A stretch of 32,000 nucleotides of DNA from an uncultured Chloroflexia bacterium (GTDB lineage: Bacteria; Chloroflexota; Limnocylindria; Limnocylindrales; CSP1-4), in NCBI GenBank assembly GCA_963766735.1, contig CAVYBU010000020.1:13086-45085 (forward strand), written 5' to 3'. Positions 15,716 through 23,525 of the stretch are shown one piece after another (positions within the stretch are counted from its first letter, which is position 1; every line of letters begins with the position of its first letter). The notes beneath the pieces are model-generated. The model worked only from the letters and a program-made list of their open reading frames with translations. It ran no database searches and was not told the origin of the DNA. The position numbers and the translations under genes were made by a program.

Positions 15716-17962
15716 ATGACCGACCTGCCCAACTCCGCAGCCGACCGGGCTGCCAACGCCTCCGTACCCGAAGGCGAGACGCCCGCCGGCGACCCCGAGC
15801 TCGCGGCTCTCGTCGGGCGCGACGCACCGCCGGACGATGCTGGCCCCGCCGCCGGCGATGCCACGCCCGAGGGCGGGGCGGATGCCACCGAGCCCGTCCT
15901 CGATGTCACCTCAGCCGCGGCGGAATCGACCTCGCCCGATCCCGACGAGCCGGCCGGGGTGGCGGCGAATGCTGGCGCAGCCGGATCGCCAACCGCTGGG
16001 GCCTCCTCGGCTGATGCGACCACCGCCGATACCCGTGCTCCGGGAGAGCCGACCGACATCACACCGGCGACCACGCCGCCGACCTCCGAGCCAGGCGTCG
16101 ATGCCGTGCCGGTCCTGCCCCTCGCGGCCGCCGTGACCGACGGCGAGCCCCCGGCACGCCATCGACGCCGACGGTCGCTCGCCCTCCGCTTCGGCGTGTC
16201 GTTCGTCATGGGCGTCCTGCTCGCCGTCGGCATCGGCGCCGGCGCCCTGTACGCATGGGGCCAGCAGTACGACGGCCGGGTCCTGCCCGGCGTCCGCGTC
16301 GGCAGCACGGACCTCGGCGGGCTCACCCGCGAGCAGGCGGAGGTGGAGATCGCGAACGCCTATGCGTCGCTCGCGACGGGGCAGATTACGTTCAGCGGCC
16401 CGGACGGCCGGATGACGACCATCAGCTACGCCGACGTCGGCCGCGGCCCCGACACCTCGGCGCTGCTCGACGCGGCGCTCGCCGCAGGCCGCCGGGTCGA
16501 CCCCCTCGCGAATCTCATCGGCGCACCCCGGGCCGCGATCCACGGCGTCACGCTCGACTCCGCCGTCACCTACAACCGCGACAAGCTGGCGGCCGCCGTC
16601 GAGACCCTCGCCACGACGATCGACCAGACCCCCGTGGACGCCTCCGTGTCGGCCGGCCAGGGCGGGACGTTCAGCGTCTCTTCGGCGAGGGACGGTCGCG
16701 CCGTGGACAAGGCGGCCCTGGTGGCCGCGGTCGACCAGCAGCTCGCGGCGCTTGGCACGCCGGCGTCGATCACGCTGGCCGTGCCGGTCGTCCCCTTGGC
16801 ACCCGCCGTCGCCACCGCCTCGGCCGAGGCGGCGAGGGCGGCCGCGGATCGAATTGCCGCCGACGTGGTCGTCGCCCGGGGCGAGGACAGCTGGACGATC
16901 GCCGGCACGAGCCTCGCGCCACTGGTCTCGTTCTCGACGGCGGCCGACGGGAGCATGACCCCGGTCCTTGACGAATCGGGCCTGGACCCGATCCTCACGA
17001 CACTGGCCAAGGACGTCAACCAGAAGGTCAAGGACGCGGGCCTCAAGATGGTCGGCGGACACGTCGTCGCCACCGGCACCAGCCGCGAGGGCCGAACGCT
17101 CAATGCCGAGGGCATGAAGGCTGCGATCGTCACCGAGATTGCGGCCCGCCAGGCGGGCGCGGCGGCATCGCCGGTCGCGGCCGTCGTCGAGGCCGTCGAC
17201 CCGAAGCTGACCCTGGCGGACGCCAAGGCGTTCGCGCCCAAGATGAAGGTCATCAGCTCGTACAGCGTCTACTACTGGGTCATCGTCAACAACCACTGGG
17301 GCGGGAACATCGAGGCGCCGGCGACAAAGATCAACGGCACGGTCGTGCCGGCTGGCGCCAAGTTCGACTTCTGGAAGGTTGTCGGAGACGTCAGCAAGCT
17401 CCCGGGCGTGGGCCCCGGCAACGCGATCGTGAACGGGAAGATCACCGTCACCGGAGCGCTCGCCGGCGGCATCTGCACCACGTCCACGACGCTCTTCAAC
17501 GCGGCCTTCCGGGCGGGCATGGTGCCGCTCGCCAAGAAGAACCACAACGAGTACATCACCCGGTATCCGCCGGGCCTCGATGCCACCGTGTGGATCATCG
17601 GCAACGCCAAGCAGACCATGAGCTTCAGGAACGACACCGAGTACCCGATCCTGATCACGCGGACCGTCACCAAGGCCGGCAGCAAGCGATGGCTCACGTT
17701 CAAGATCTGGAGCGTGCCGAACGGACGGACCTACAAGATCAGCAACGTGGTCATCCGGAATGGCCCGCGCGCGAAGGACACGGTCGTCAAGGATCCGACC
17801 AAGCCCGTGGGGTACTCATACCGCAACAACGCCCCGGCAGACGGTGCCAAGGTGTGGGTCACCGTCACGATCTACGACCACGGCAAGCGCCACTGGACGA
17901 AGCGGTACTACTCGAACTACCCAGCGGTCGACGGCGTCCTCGTGGTGGGGACCAAGACCTGA
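15716..17962 (+). CDS. VanW-family protein (YoaR-like): low-complexity N-terminus, one TM helix, repeated PG-binding-4-like modules, C-terminal VanW domain
   Basis: 748 aa.
- TM helix: LALRFGVSFVMGVLLAVGIGAGALYAW.
- VanW core: GGICTTSTTLFNAAFRAGMVPLAKKNHNEYITRYPPGLDATVWIIGNAKQTMSFRNDTEYPILI. Confidence 0.8.
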   Translation: MTDLPNSAADRAANASVPEGETPAGDPELAALVGRDAPPDDAGPAAGDATPEGGADATEPVLDVTSAAAESTSPDPDEPAGVAANAGAAGSPTAGASSADATTADTRAPGEPTDITPATTPPTSEPGVDAVPVLPLAAAVTDGEPPARHRRRRSLALRFGVSFVMGVLLAVGIGAGALYAWGQQYDGRVLPGVRVGSTDLGGLTREQAEVEIANAYASLATGQITFSGPDGRMTTISYADVGRGPDTSALLDAALAAGRRVDPLANLIGAPRAAIHGVTLDSAVTYNRDKLAAAVETLATTIDQTPVDASVSAGQGGTFSVSSARDGRAVDKAALVAAVDQQLAALGTPASITLAVPVVPLAPAVATASAEAARAAADRIAADVVVARGEDSWTIAGTSLAPLVSFSTAADGSMTPVLDESGLDPILTTLAKDVNQKVKDAGLKMVGGHVVATGTSREGRTLNAEGMKAAIVTEIAARQAGAAASPVAAVVEAVDPKLTLADAKAFAPKMKVISSYSVYYWVIVNNHWGGNIEAPATKINGTVVPAGAKFDFWKVVGDVSKLPGVGPGNAIVNGKITVTGALAGGICTTSTTLFNAAFRAGMVPLAKKNHNEYITRYPPGLDATVWIIGNAKQTMSFRNDTEYPILITRTVTKAGSKRWLTFKIWSVPNGRTYKISNVVIRNGPRAKDTVVKDPTKPVGYSYRNNAPADGAKVWVTVTIYDHGKRHWTKRYYSNYPAVDGVLVVGTKT

Positions 17963-18014
17963 CGCAGGCCTGGTCTCGCGAGGAGAAGACATCCTGGCGG
18001 CGGCGACTGCGGGT

Positions 18015-18054
18015 GGCGCGCCCGGAGGGCGTCGGGCGCGCAGGAACAGCAATG
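18015..18054 (+). repeat. GC-hairpin element copy B
   Basis: ggcgcgcccggagggcgtcgggcgcgcaggaacagcaatg. It has a perfect 9-bp stem, GCGCGCCCG (18016-18024) / CGGGCGCGC (18033-18041), an 8-nt loop GAGGGCGT and the tail AGGAACAGCA. It lies 53 nt after the VanW stop and about 100 nt before the RyR gene. Confidence 0.85.
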
Positions 18055-18151
18055 ATTCGCGGGGCAGCGTTTCAAGAGGTTTGGCGAGCTGCAGCCGGCG
18101 CCTCGGCCACCGCGTACGGCGGGGCCGCCACCGGAGCACGCGGCCGGGTGA

Positions 18152-19930
18152 GTGGGGTGGCAGACTAGAGACGTGGCACCGAAGAGCGCCCCGCGATCCG
18201 CCCCCAATGCTGATGCCGGGCTCGGAGGACTGGCGTCTGCGTGGCTGGTCGTGCGGTGGCCGCTGTTCGGCGCAGTCGCTGTGGTCGCTTTCCTCCTTGG
18301 CTACGTCGGCTTCGGCTCCTACTTCGAAGACCTCCTGACTCCACGTCCGCCGACTGATCTGGTGTACCTGTCGCTGCAGCTGTTCGTGCTGGAGTCAGGC
18401 AGCATTCCGGGACCCGTGCCCTGGCAGCTGGGCGTCGCCCGCTTCCTGGCTCCTGCCACCACAGTGACAGGGGTCGCGGTGGCCCTGGCGGCCATCTTCG
18501 GCGAGGAACTGGCGGAGGTGCGGCTGCACCTCCAGAGACGACACATCGTTGTGTGCGGGTTGGGTGAGCGAGGAACACGGCTGGTCCGGTCGTTGCTCGA
18601 CGGTGGGTATCGGGTGGTGGCAGTCGAGCTGGATCCCGGCAATCGGGCGATCCCCGAGGTTCGCCGTCGAGGGGCTCTGGTGGTGGTCGGAGACGCCCGC
18701 ACTGCTGGGGTGCTGCGCCGCGCCCGCGTCCAGCACGCCGAATACGTGGTTGCGTTGACAGGCGCCGACGACGCCAATGCGGAGGTGGCTATCCGCGCGG
18801 GAGAGTTGGCGCCGGTTCATGGGCCGGCGCTGACCTGCCTGGCACATGTGCGGGACCCGGGGCTGTGTGCCCTCCTGCGCTCGCGGGAACTGGCGTCCGG
18901 CCACGCGACTCACTACCGCCTTGACTTCTTCAACATCTATGAACAGGGCGCGCGGGCGCTGCTGCGCGACCAGCCGGCAATTGGTCTCGCCGTGCAGGAG
19001 CCACGACTGGCGGTGATCGGTCTCACCCCGCTGGGTCAGGCGGTCGTCCTCGAGTCGGCCCGGCAGTGGCGAGCCAGCGGCCGGGCGCGCGACCATCGCA
19101 TCCAGATCACGGTGCTGGATCCGGACGCGGAGCGACTTGTGGGCCTGTTGCAGGCGCGCTACCCCCAGCTCGACCATGTCGCCGTCGTGCAGGGTGTCGA
19201 GACCGGAGCCGGCCACCTCGATTGCTCGACACTCAGGTCCGGCGGGCCGTGGCAGGCCGCCTACGTGTGCATCGATGATGATTCAATGGCGCTTGACGGG
19301 GCGCTACAGGCTCGTCAGTGCCTGGAAGGCAGCTCGACCCCGGTGGTCGTCGATCTGAGCATGTCACCCGGGCTGGCGGGACTAGTGCAACGCCCGGCGG
19401 GTAGCGACGGTATTCGCGCGTTCGATCTGTTCGAGCGGACGCTCCGACCTGATCTGCTGTTGGGCGGGACGTACGAGATCCTCGCTCGCGCCATCCACGC
19501 CGAGTATGTCGATGAGGCACGCCGGCAGGGGGCCACCGCCACCAGCAACCCATCGGTTGTTCCCTGGGAACAGTTGCCCGATTCCCTCAAGGAGTCCAAC
19601 CGGGATCAGGCAGCACACATCGGGGTGAAGCTGGCTGCGATCGGACGGGGGATAGCCCCGCTCAACGACTGGGAGGCCGATCAGCTCACGTTCACGGGAG
19701 CCGAGGTCGAACAGCTGGCCGAGCAGGAGCACCGACGGTGGGTCGAACAGCGGCTGCGCGACGGCTGGACACTCGGACCCAAGGACATCGACGCCAAGGT
19801 CACTCCCTACCTTGTCCCGTGGGAGCAGCTCAGCGACGAGGTCCGGGAGTTGGATCGCCGACCGGTCAGGGGCATCCCGGGATTTCTGGCCCGGGCCGGT
19901 TACCAGGTTGTGCCCAACTCGATCCCCTAG
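18152..19930 (+). CDS. Channel-like membrane protein: 2 TM helices with a pore-loop-like segment + TrkA-N/RCK Rossmann domain + two C-terminal RyR-repeat domains
   Basis: 592-aa ORF. The start is uncertain (GTG 18152 or GTG 18173).
- TM1: WPLFGAVAVVAFLLGYVGF.
- Pore-loop-like segment: DLVYLSLQLFVLESGSIPGP.
- TM2: VARFLAPATTVTGVAVALAAIF.
- Rossmann motif: HIVVCGLGERGTRLVRSLLDGGYRVVAVELD.
- RyR-type repeats: LARAIHAEYVDEARRQG...VVPWEQLPDSLKESNRDQ and LAEQEHRRWVEQRLRDGWTLGPKDIDAKVTPYLVPWEQLSDEVRELDRR. Confidence 0.75.
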   Translation: MGWQTRDVAPKSAPRSAPNADAGLGGLASAWLVVRWPLFGAVAVVAFLLGYVGFGSYFEDLLTPRPPTDLVYLSLQLFVLESGSIPGPVPWQLGVARFLAPATTVTGVAVALAAIFGEELAEVRLHLQRRHIVVCGLGERGTRLVRSLLDGGYRVVAVELDPGNRAIPEVRRRGALVVVGDARTAGVLRRARVQHAEYVVALTGADDANAEVAIRAGELAPVHGPALTCLAHVRDPGLCALLRSRELASGHATHYRLDFFNIYEQGARALLRDQPAIGLAVQEPRLAVIGLTPLGQAVVLESARQWRASGRARDHRIQITVLDPDAERLVGLLQARYPQLDHVAVVQGVETGAGHLDCSTLRSGGPWQAAYVCIDDDSMALDGALQARQCLEGSSTPVVVDLSMSPGLAGLVQRPAGSDGIRAFDLFERTLRPDLLLGGTYEILARAIHAEYVDEARRQGATATSNPSVVPWEQLPDSLKESNRDQAAHIGVKLAAIGRGIAPLNDWEADQLTFTGAEVEQLAEQEHRRWVEQRLRDGWTLGPKDIDAKVTPYLVPWEQLSDEVRELDRRPVRGIPGFLARAGYQVVPNSIP

Positions 19931-20047
19931 GATAGGGAGGCGAGATCCACCGGCGATCCGTCCGGGCCTGCCGAACGTCCCTGTCACCGCAGGCCCGCTG
20001 CTCCGCCGGACAGGACCGGTCCACCGACCGGTTGGGAGCCGGGCGTC

Positions 20048-21175
20048 ATGGCCCACGACGTCTTCATCTGCCATTCGTCCAAGGACCGCACGGTCGCGAA
20101 CGCGATCTGTGCCACGCTCGAGCAGCAACGCATCCGCTGCTGGATCGCGCCCCGGGACGTCCTCCCCGGCAGCGACTATGCCACGTCCATCGTCGAGGCC
20201 GTCAGCGCCACAAGACTCACGGTCTTCGTCTTCTCGGAGAACTCCAACCAGTCCCCGCACGTCCGCAGGGAGATCGAGCGCACCGTCAGCCGCGGCATCC
20301 CGATCCTCCCGTTCCGGGTGGAGGACGTCGTGCCCTCCCCGTCGCTCGAGTACTTCATCTCGGACGCCCACTGGCTCGACGCCCTTACCCCGCCGCTTGA
20401 GCAGCATCTCCAGCAGCTCGTCGGCGTCGTCCGGGCTCTGCTCGCGAGCCTGCCGCCGAAGAGCGGGATTGTGCCGGTGGCCGCCGGCGCCCAGGAGCCC
20501 TCCCCAGCGGAGCGTATGCCGACGACCGCGCCGCCGCAGATCGCTCCGGGCACGCCCTGGACGATGGCCAAGCGACGGCCGCCGGTGCTGATCGCTGGCA
20601 TCGTCGGGGTGGGTTTGGTGGCTGTCCTGGGACTCGTCGGGGCCATTGCTCTTGCCCCCTCGGGTCCGGCAGCGACGTCGCCGAGTCCGGAAGCGATGTC
20701 GCCGAGTTCTGAAGCGACGTCGCCGAGTCCGGAAGCGACGTCGCCGAGTCCAGCGGCAAAGATTGTCGCGGAGTCGGCGCTCATGGCCGGCGACTGCCTG
20801 AGGACGCCGAACGAGTACGCGGGCAGCGCATCCGATCAGGCTCGTTTCTGGGCGGAAGGCCCGTGGTCTTCGAGTTGGGTCGTCTTGCCATGCGATCAGG
20901 ACCACGGCGCCGAGGTGTTCTTCTATGGCGATGTCTGGGGGTCCCGGACAACCTATCCCGGCGACGCCGCCGTCGGGTCCCGGTGGACAGCGCAGTGCGC
21001 GGCAGAGTTCGAGCGCTATGTCGGAGTCCCGTCGGGGCGGTCGGTCCTGAGCATCAACGGATGGACTGGCTTCGGCGCCGACGGGTGGGCCCAGGGGCTG
21101 CGCGACATGGCCTGCATCGCCTACGACCGCGGCGGCGCAGCTCTGCAAGGGAGCATCAGGGGAACCGGCCGGTAG
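20048..21175 (+). CDS. TIR-domain membrane protein: N-terminal cytoplasmic TIR, one TM helix, 7-aa repeat linker, Cys-containing extracytoplasmic domain (septum-formation-family-like)
   Basis: 375 aa.
- TIR_2 pattern: HDVFICHSSKDRTVANAICATLEQQRIRCWIAPRDVLPGSDYATSIVEAVSATRLTVFVFSENSNQSPHVRREIERT...ILPF.
- TM helix: VLIAGIVGVGLVAVLGLVGAIALA.
- Linker: PAATSPSPEAMSPSSEATSPSPEATSPSP.
- C-terminal domain: GDCLRTP...VVLPCDQDHGAEVFFYG...YPGDAAV...AQCAAEFERYVG...ACIAY. Confidence 0.8.
   Translation: MAHDVFICHSSKDRTVANAICATLEQQRIRCWIAPRDVLPGSDYATSIVEAVSATRLTVFVFSENSNQSPHVRREIERTVSRGIPILPFRVEDVVPSPSLEYFISDAHWLDALTPPLEQHLQQLVGVVRALLASLPPKSGIVPVAAGAQEPSPAERMPTTAPPQIAPGTPWTMAKRRPPVLIAGIVGVGLVAVLGLVGAIALAPSGPAATSPSPEAMSPSSEATSPSPEATSPSPAAKIVAESALMAGDCLRTPNEYAGSASDQARFWAEGPWSSSWVVLPCDQDHGAEVFFYGDVWGSRTTYPGDAAVGSRWTAQCAAEFERYVGVPSGRSVLSINGWTGFGADGWAQGLRDMACIAYDRGGAALQGSIRGTGR
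20669..20752 (+). repeat. Four tandem 21-bp units inside the TIR gene (encode the E-A-T-S-P-S-P linker)
   Basis: The four units are gcagcgacgtcgccgagtccg / gaagcgatgtcgccgagttct / gaagcgacgtcgccgagtccg / gaagcgacgtcgccgagtcca. The repeat is in frame. Confidence 0.9.
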
Positions 21176-21182
21176 CACAGCG

Positions 21183-21210
21183 CCCGACGGTGGGTTGATC
21201 GGCCGTCGGG
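21183..21210 (+). terminator. Possible terminator hairpin after the TIR gene
   Basis: CCCGACGG (21183-21190) pairs with CCGTCGGG (21203-21210) around a 12-nt loop, starting 8 nt after the stop. There is no U tract. Confidence 0.3.
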
Positions 21211-21382
21211 ATGGTAGGCCCGGAGGTGTCTGGCGCGCGGAGGGCGGACGGCGAACAAGGGACGGGCATGCGAACGCCGACCGCCAGGCTGAGGTTGAAC
21301 GACCCGCCCTTGGTGCGCTTGCCGAGCCCGTGGCGTCCCGCCGTCGACGGTGTGTCGCGGATCCCGGGTGAGGTATGGACCG

Positions 21383-21685
21383 ATGCGCGAGGATGTTGAG
21401 CGGCTGATCGAGACCGCAGAGGAGCGCTGGAAGGCTGGCTGGAAGGCCGGCCCCAGTCGGCTCCGCTGGACGTTGCTGCCACCGCAGCCAGGAGATCCAG
21501 CTCCTGATCCGTCGCTGCCGGATCATGAGGGCCGGGAGGTTCGGCTGTCGTCCCTCTGGGCGGAGCGTCCGCTGCTCATCCTCTTCTGGCGCCACTTCGG
21601 CTGCTCGTGCGGTGGGAACGGCCGCCCAGATCCTGTTCGACGCCCCGGACCCGATCCTCCGCTGCGACCTGCAGGCGGGCCTTGA
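21383..21685 (+). pseudogene. Thioredoxin-fold (peroxiredoxin-like / AhpC-TSA-like) N-terminal fragment, probably decayed
   Basis: From ATG 21383: MREDVERLIE...PQPGDPAPDPSLPDHEGREVRLSSLWAERPLLILFWRHFGCSCGG fits the redoxin N-terminal half up to the CxxC. After that the frame gives Pro/Arg-rich junk and stops. Weak continuation (AAQILFDAPDPIL...AGLDLA...SPGT) is seen only in another frame. Confidence 0.4.
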
Positions 21686-21976
21686 CCTGGCCCGATGCCT
21701 CTCGCCTGGAACGCTGCGCCGCGCCACGCGAAATCGGGGGGATTTGGGGCAAGGTGAACGGGGCCGGGAACGGCGCTCGCGGAATGGGCTGACTCGCCTC
21801 ATTCACCCTCGTTCGATTGACTCTACCGATCGCGGCCCGCCGAGAGGCCCGCTGCCGTGCTCTTGGCGGCGATCAGGATCGTGGCCAGCAGCCCAGCCAC
21901 ATCGCCCGCGTGCGCCATCGCTGACCGGCGGCAAAGAGCTGGGCACGTGCTTCCGTCCTTCGAAATGCAGATGCCG

Positions 21977-22849
21977 CTATTTGACCTTCTGGGTCGAAAC
22001 GGCAACGGCGTACTTGTTGATGGCGCTTGCGGGCACATCGCGGCCGTAGATCTTCCACGGCGGAGCGGTGCTGGGCAGACCGACGCTTTGACCACAGGCC
22101 GGGACCGTGCCGTAGATGGTCTTGGTCTGCAGCACCTTGGTGGTGCGGGCCACCCGCACCCGCACCACAATCGCCTCCTTGTAGCGGGTGACCTTGCCGA
22201 TCTTGCCGTCGCTGGCCCGCTTGTAGGTGCCGCAGACGCTGACCTTGACCGATTTCTGCCATTCGACACAGGCCACCAGCTGGATGTCCGAACCCGCCCA
22301 GGTCTGGTCGAGCCAGTGGTCGTTGATGTCATGGGAGGTGAGCTTCCAACCGTCGGTCGAGCCCCACTGTTCGACCACCACCAGGGGATGGCTCTTGCCG
22401 CCGTACTTGGCGGCTTGCGGCAGGGCGGTGCCGTGGCACACCAGTTCGAGATCAAGGTCGCTGATCGGCACCGGGGTCGGCTCGGGGGTCGGGGTGGGCA
22501 CCGGTGTCGGAGAGGCCGTCGGAGCCGGGGTCGGAGCCGGTGTCGGAGCGGGCGTTGGTGGGAGCGTCGGGGCCGGGGCCTCGCGGCCGGGCGGCTGAGC
22601 CGAAGCGGCCTGGTCGACCGGCGGGGGAGTGGCGGGGGCCGTACCGCAGGCGGCGAGGAGAGCCGCTATCAGCGCAAGGGAAAGGAGGGAACGAAACCTT
22701 CGCGGGGGCTCGTCGGTCACCAGCAGCGCCTCGACCTCGGCCTCGGTCGCCCGGACCACGCCGGACTCGAAGTAGAAGGACTCCAAGTGGTCACGATCCC
22801 CCGGCTCGGTCTCGAACCACGAGAGCCGCTGCTCGCCGGCGTCAGTCAT
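21977..22849 (-). CDS. Membrane-anchored or lipoprotein-like secreted protein with a Pro/Thr-rich linker and a C-terminal domain of unknown family
   Basis: ATG 22849 is preceded by GAGGGA, with a 7-nt spacer. The order is:
- a GC3-rich acidic N-terminal segment
- RRFRSLLSLALIAALLAACG (signal/anchor with a lipobox-like LAAC)
- the linker PTLPPTPAPTPAPTPAPTASPTPVPTPTPEPTPVP
- a Lys/Cys-containing domain that looks lower in GC than the surroundings

The alternative start GTG 22720 would give a classical lipoprotein signal. Confidence 0.65.
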   Translation of the reverse strand: MTDAGEQRLSWFETEPGDRDHLESFYFESGVVRATEAEVEALLVTDEPPRRFRSLLSLALIAALLAACGTAPATPPPVDQAASAQPPGREAPAPTLPPTPAPTPAPTPAPTASPTPVPTPTPEPTPVPISDLDLELVCHGTALPQAAKYGGKSHPLVVVEQWGSTDGWKLTSHDINDHWLDQTWAGSDIQLVACVEWQKSVKVSVCGTYKRASDGKIGKVTRYKEAIVVRVRVARTTKVLQTKTIYGTVPACGQSVGLPSTAPPWKIYGRDVPASAINKYAVAVSTQKVK

Positions 22850-23302
22850 CGGGCAATCCCTCACAGATGTGGACTGGGGGACGCCTCACTACTGTCTTGG
22901 CACCACTATGACGAGCCCGCCTCGCTCGCGGGCGCTCATTCCGTGCCTGACTCACCGCATCGAGTGCTCCGAAACCACCCAATCAGCGCTCCTGACCGTC
23001 AGGTCAAATCACCCTGATCTTGCACGGGGTGGCCACCCCGCTTGACGCGCGCACGTTCCCGCCGAGGCTGTTGCGGACAGCCAGGTCGGCTGGTCGTGCC
23101 GCATAGGCGATGCAGTGGTCGCAATTCAAGAAATCTGATGTCCGACTGAGCAGGCGTGACGCGGCGGAGGAACACACGAAGATATGAGCATCATCGCGAT
23201 CGACTGGGCCGACTCGGGCCTCGACTGGGGCACCGAGGACGGCGCCACGCCAACTCATGGTGCCGTTCGTCCTGTGTCACCGATGTCGCGACTCAAGTCA
23301 CT

Positions 23303-23342
23303 GGCGCGTCCGGAGGGCTGTGAGCGCGCACGAACAACACCG
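23303..23342 (+). repeat. GC-hairpin element copy C
   Basis: ggcgcgtccggagggctgtgagcgcgcacgaacaacaccg. The stem is partly preserved (GCGCG..../....CGCGC) and the tail is CGAACAACAC. Confidence 0.7.
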
Positions 23343-23377
23343 CACCCGGGTGCAGCGTCGCGGTCTGGGGCGGGTCA

Positions 23378-23503
23378 GTCGCCCGCGGCCCGCGACCCCT
23401 GCATCATGCCGTAGGCGTTGCCGTCCGGGCCGCGGAAGTGGAACCAGCCGTAGCCGTGGATGCTCCCCGCCCCGGAGGGATGCGGGCGCGCAGGAACCGA
23501 GGA
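23378..23503 (-). pseudogene. C-terminal fragment of a VOC (glyoxalase/bleomycin-resistance/dioxygenase) family gene
   Basis: The minus-strand frame reads ...PSGAGSIHGYGWFHFRGPDGNAYGMMQGSRAAGD-stop (TGA at 23375-23377). The F-x-x-PDGN terminal strand is a VOC hallmark. Only about 40 codons are open, there is no start codon, and the 5' end coincides with repeat copy D. Confidence 0.4.
23465..23503 (+). repeat. GC-hairpin element copy D
   Basis: ccccgccccggagggatgcgggcgcgcaggaaccgagg matches the consensus core at most positions. It lies immediately 3' of the SGNH gene stop (23526) on the opposite strand. Confidence 0.7.
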
Positions 23504-23525
23504 TCAGGCCGATCCCCAGGGCGGG

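Noticed and set aside
18041-18060. The conserved GGAAC in the element tail as an ECF -35 box. As a second idea, AGGAAC as an SD site for small ORFs (ATG 18052, GTG 26439).
   Set aside because: No CGTC-type -10 occurs at a consistent 16-17 nt spacing across copies. A start codon follows the tail in only two copies, and the 39-codon ORF at 18052-18168 has poor third-position GC compared with real genes here.
20669-20752. The tandem 21-bp repeat as a possible CRISPR or other non-coding array.
   Set aside because: The units are contiguous without spacers, in frame, and encode a Ser/Pro/Thr linker inside a well-supported CDS.
19382-21802. An 806-aa minus-strand ORF, the longest ORF in this part of the track.
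   Set aside because: It is antisense to the RyR and TIR genes. Its translation is Arg/Pro/Gly/Ser-rich with no recognisable domain, whereas the opposite-strand ORFs carry clear TrkA-N, RyR and TIR motifs. This is a typical high-GC shadow ORF.
23184-23414. A 76-aa plus-strand ORF beginning MSIIAIDWAD, which resembled the N-terminus of a DEDD/IS110-type transposase or a RuvC-like protein. It hinted at a mobile element.
   Set aside because: The similarity is limited to a few residues. The rest of the ORF runs through repeat copy C and is Arg/Pro/Ala-rich. No transposase body, inverted repeats or target duplication were found.
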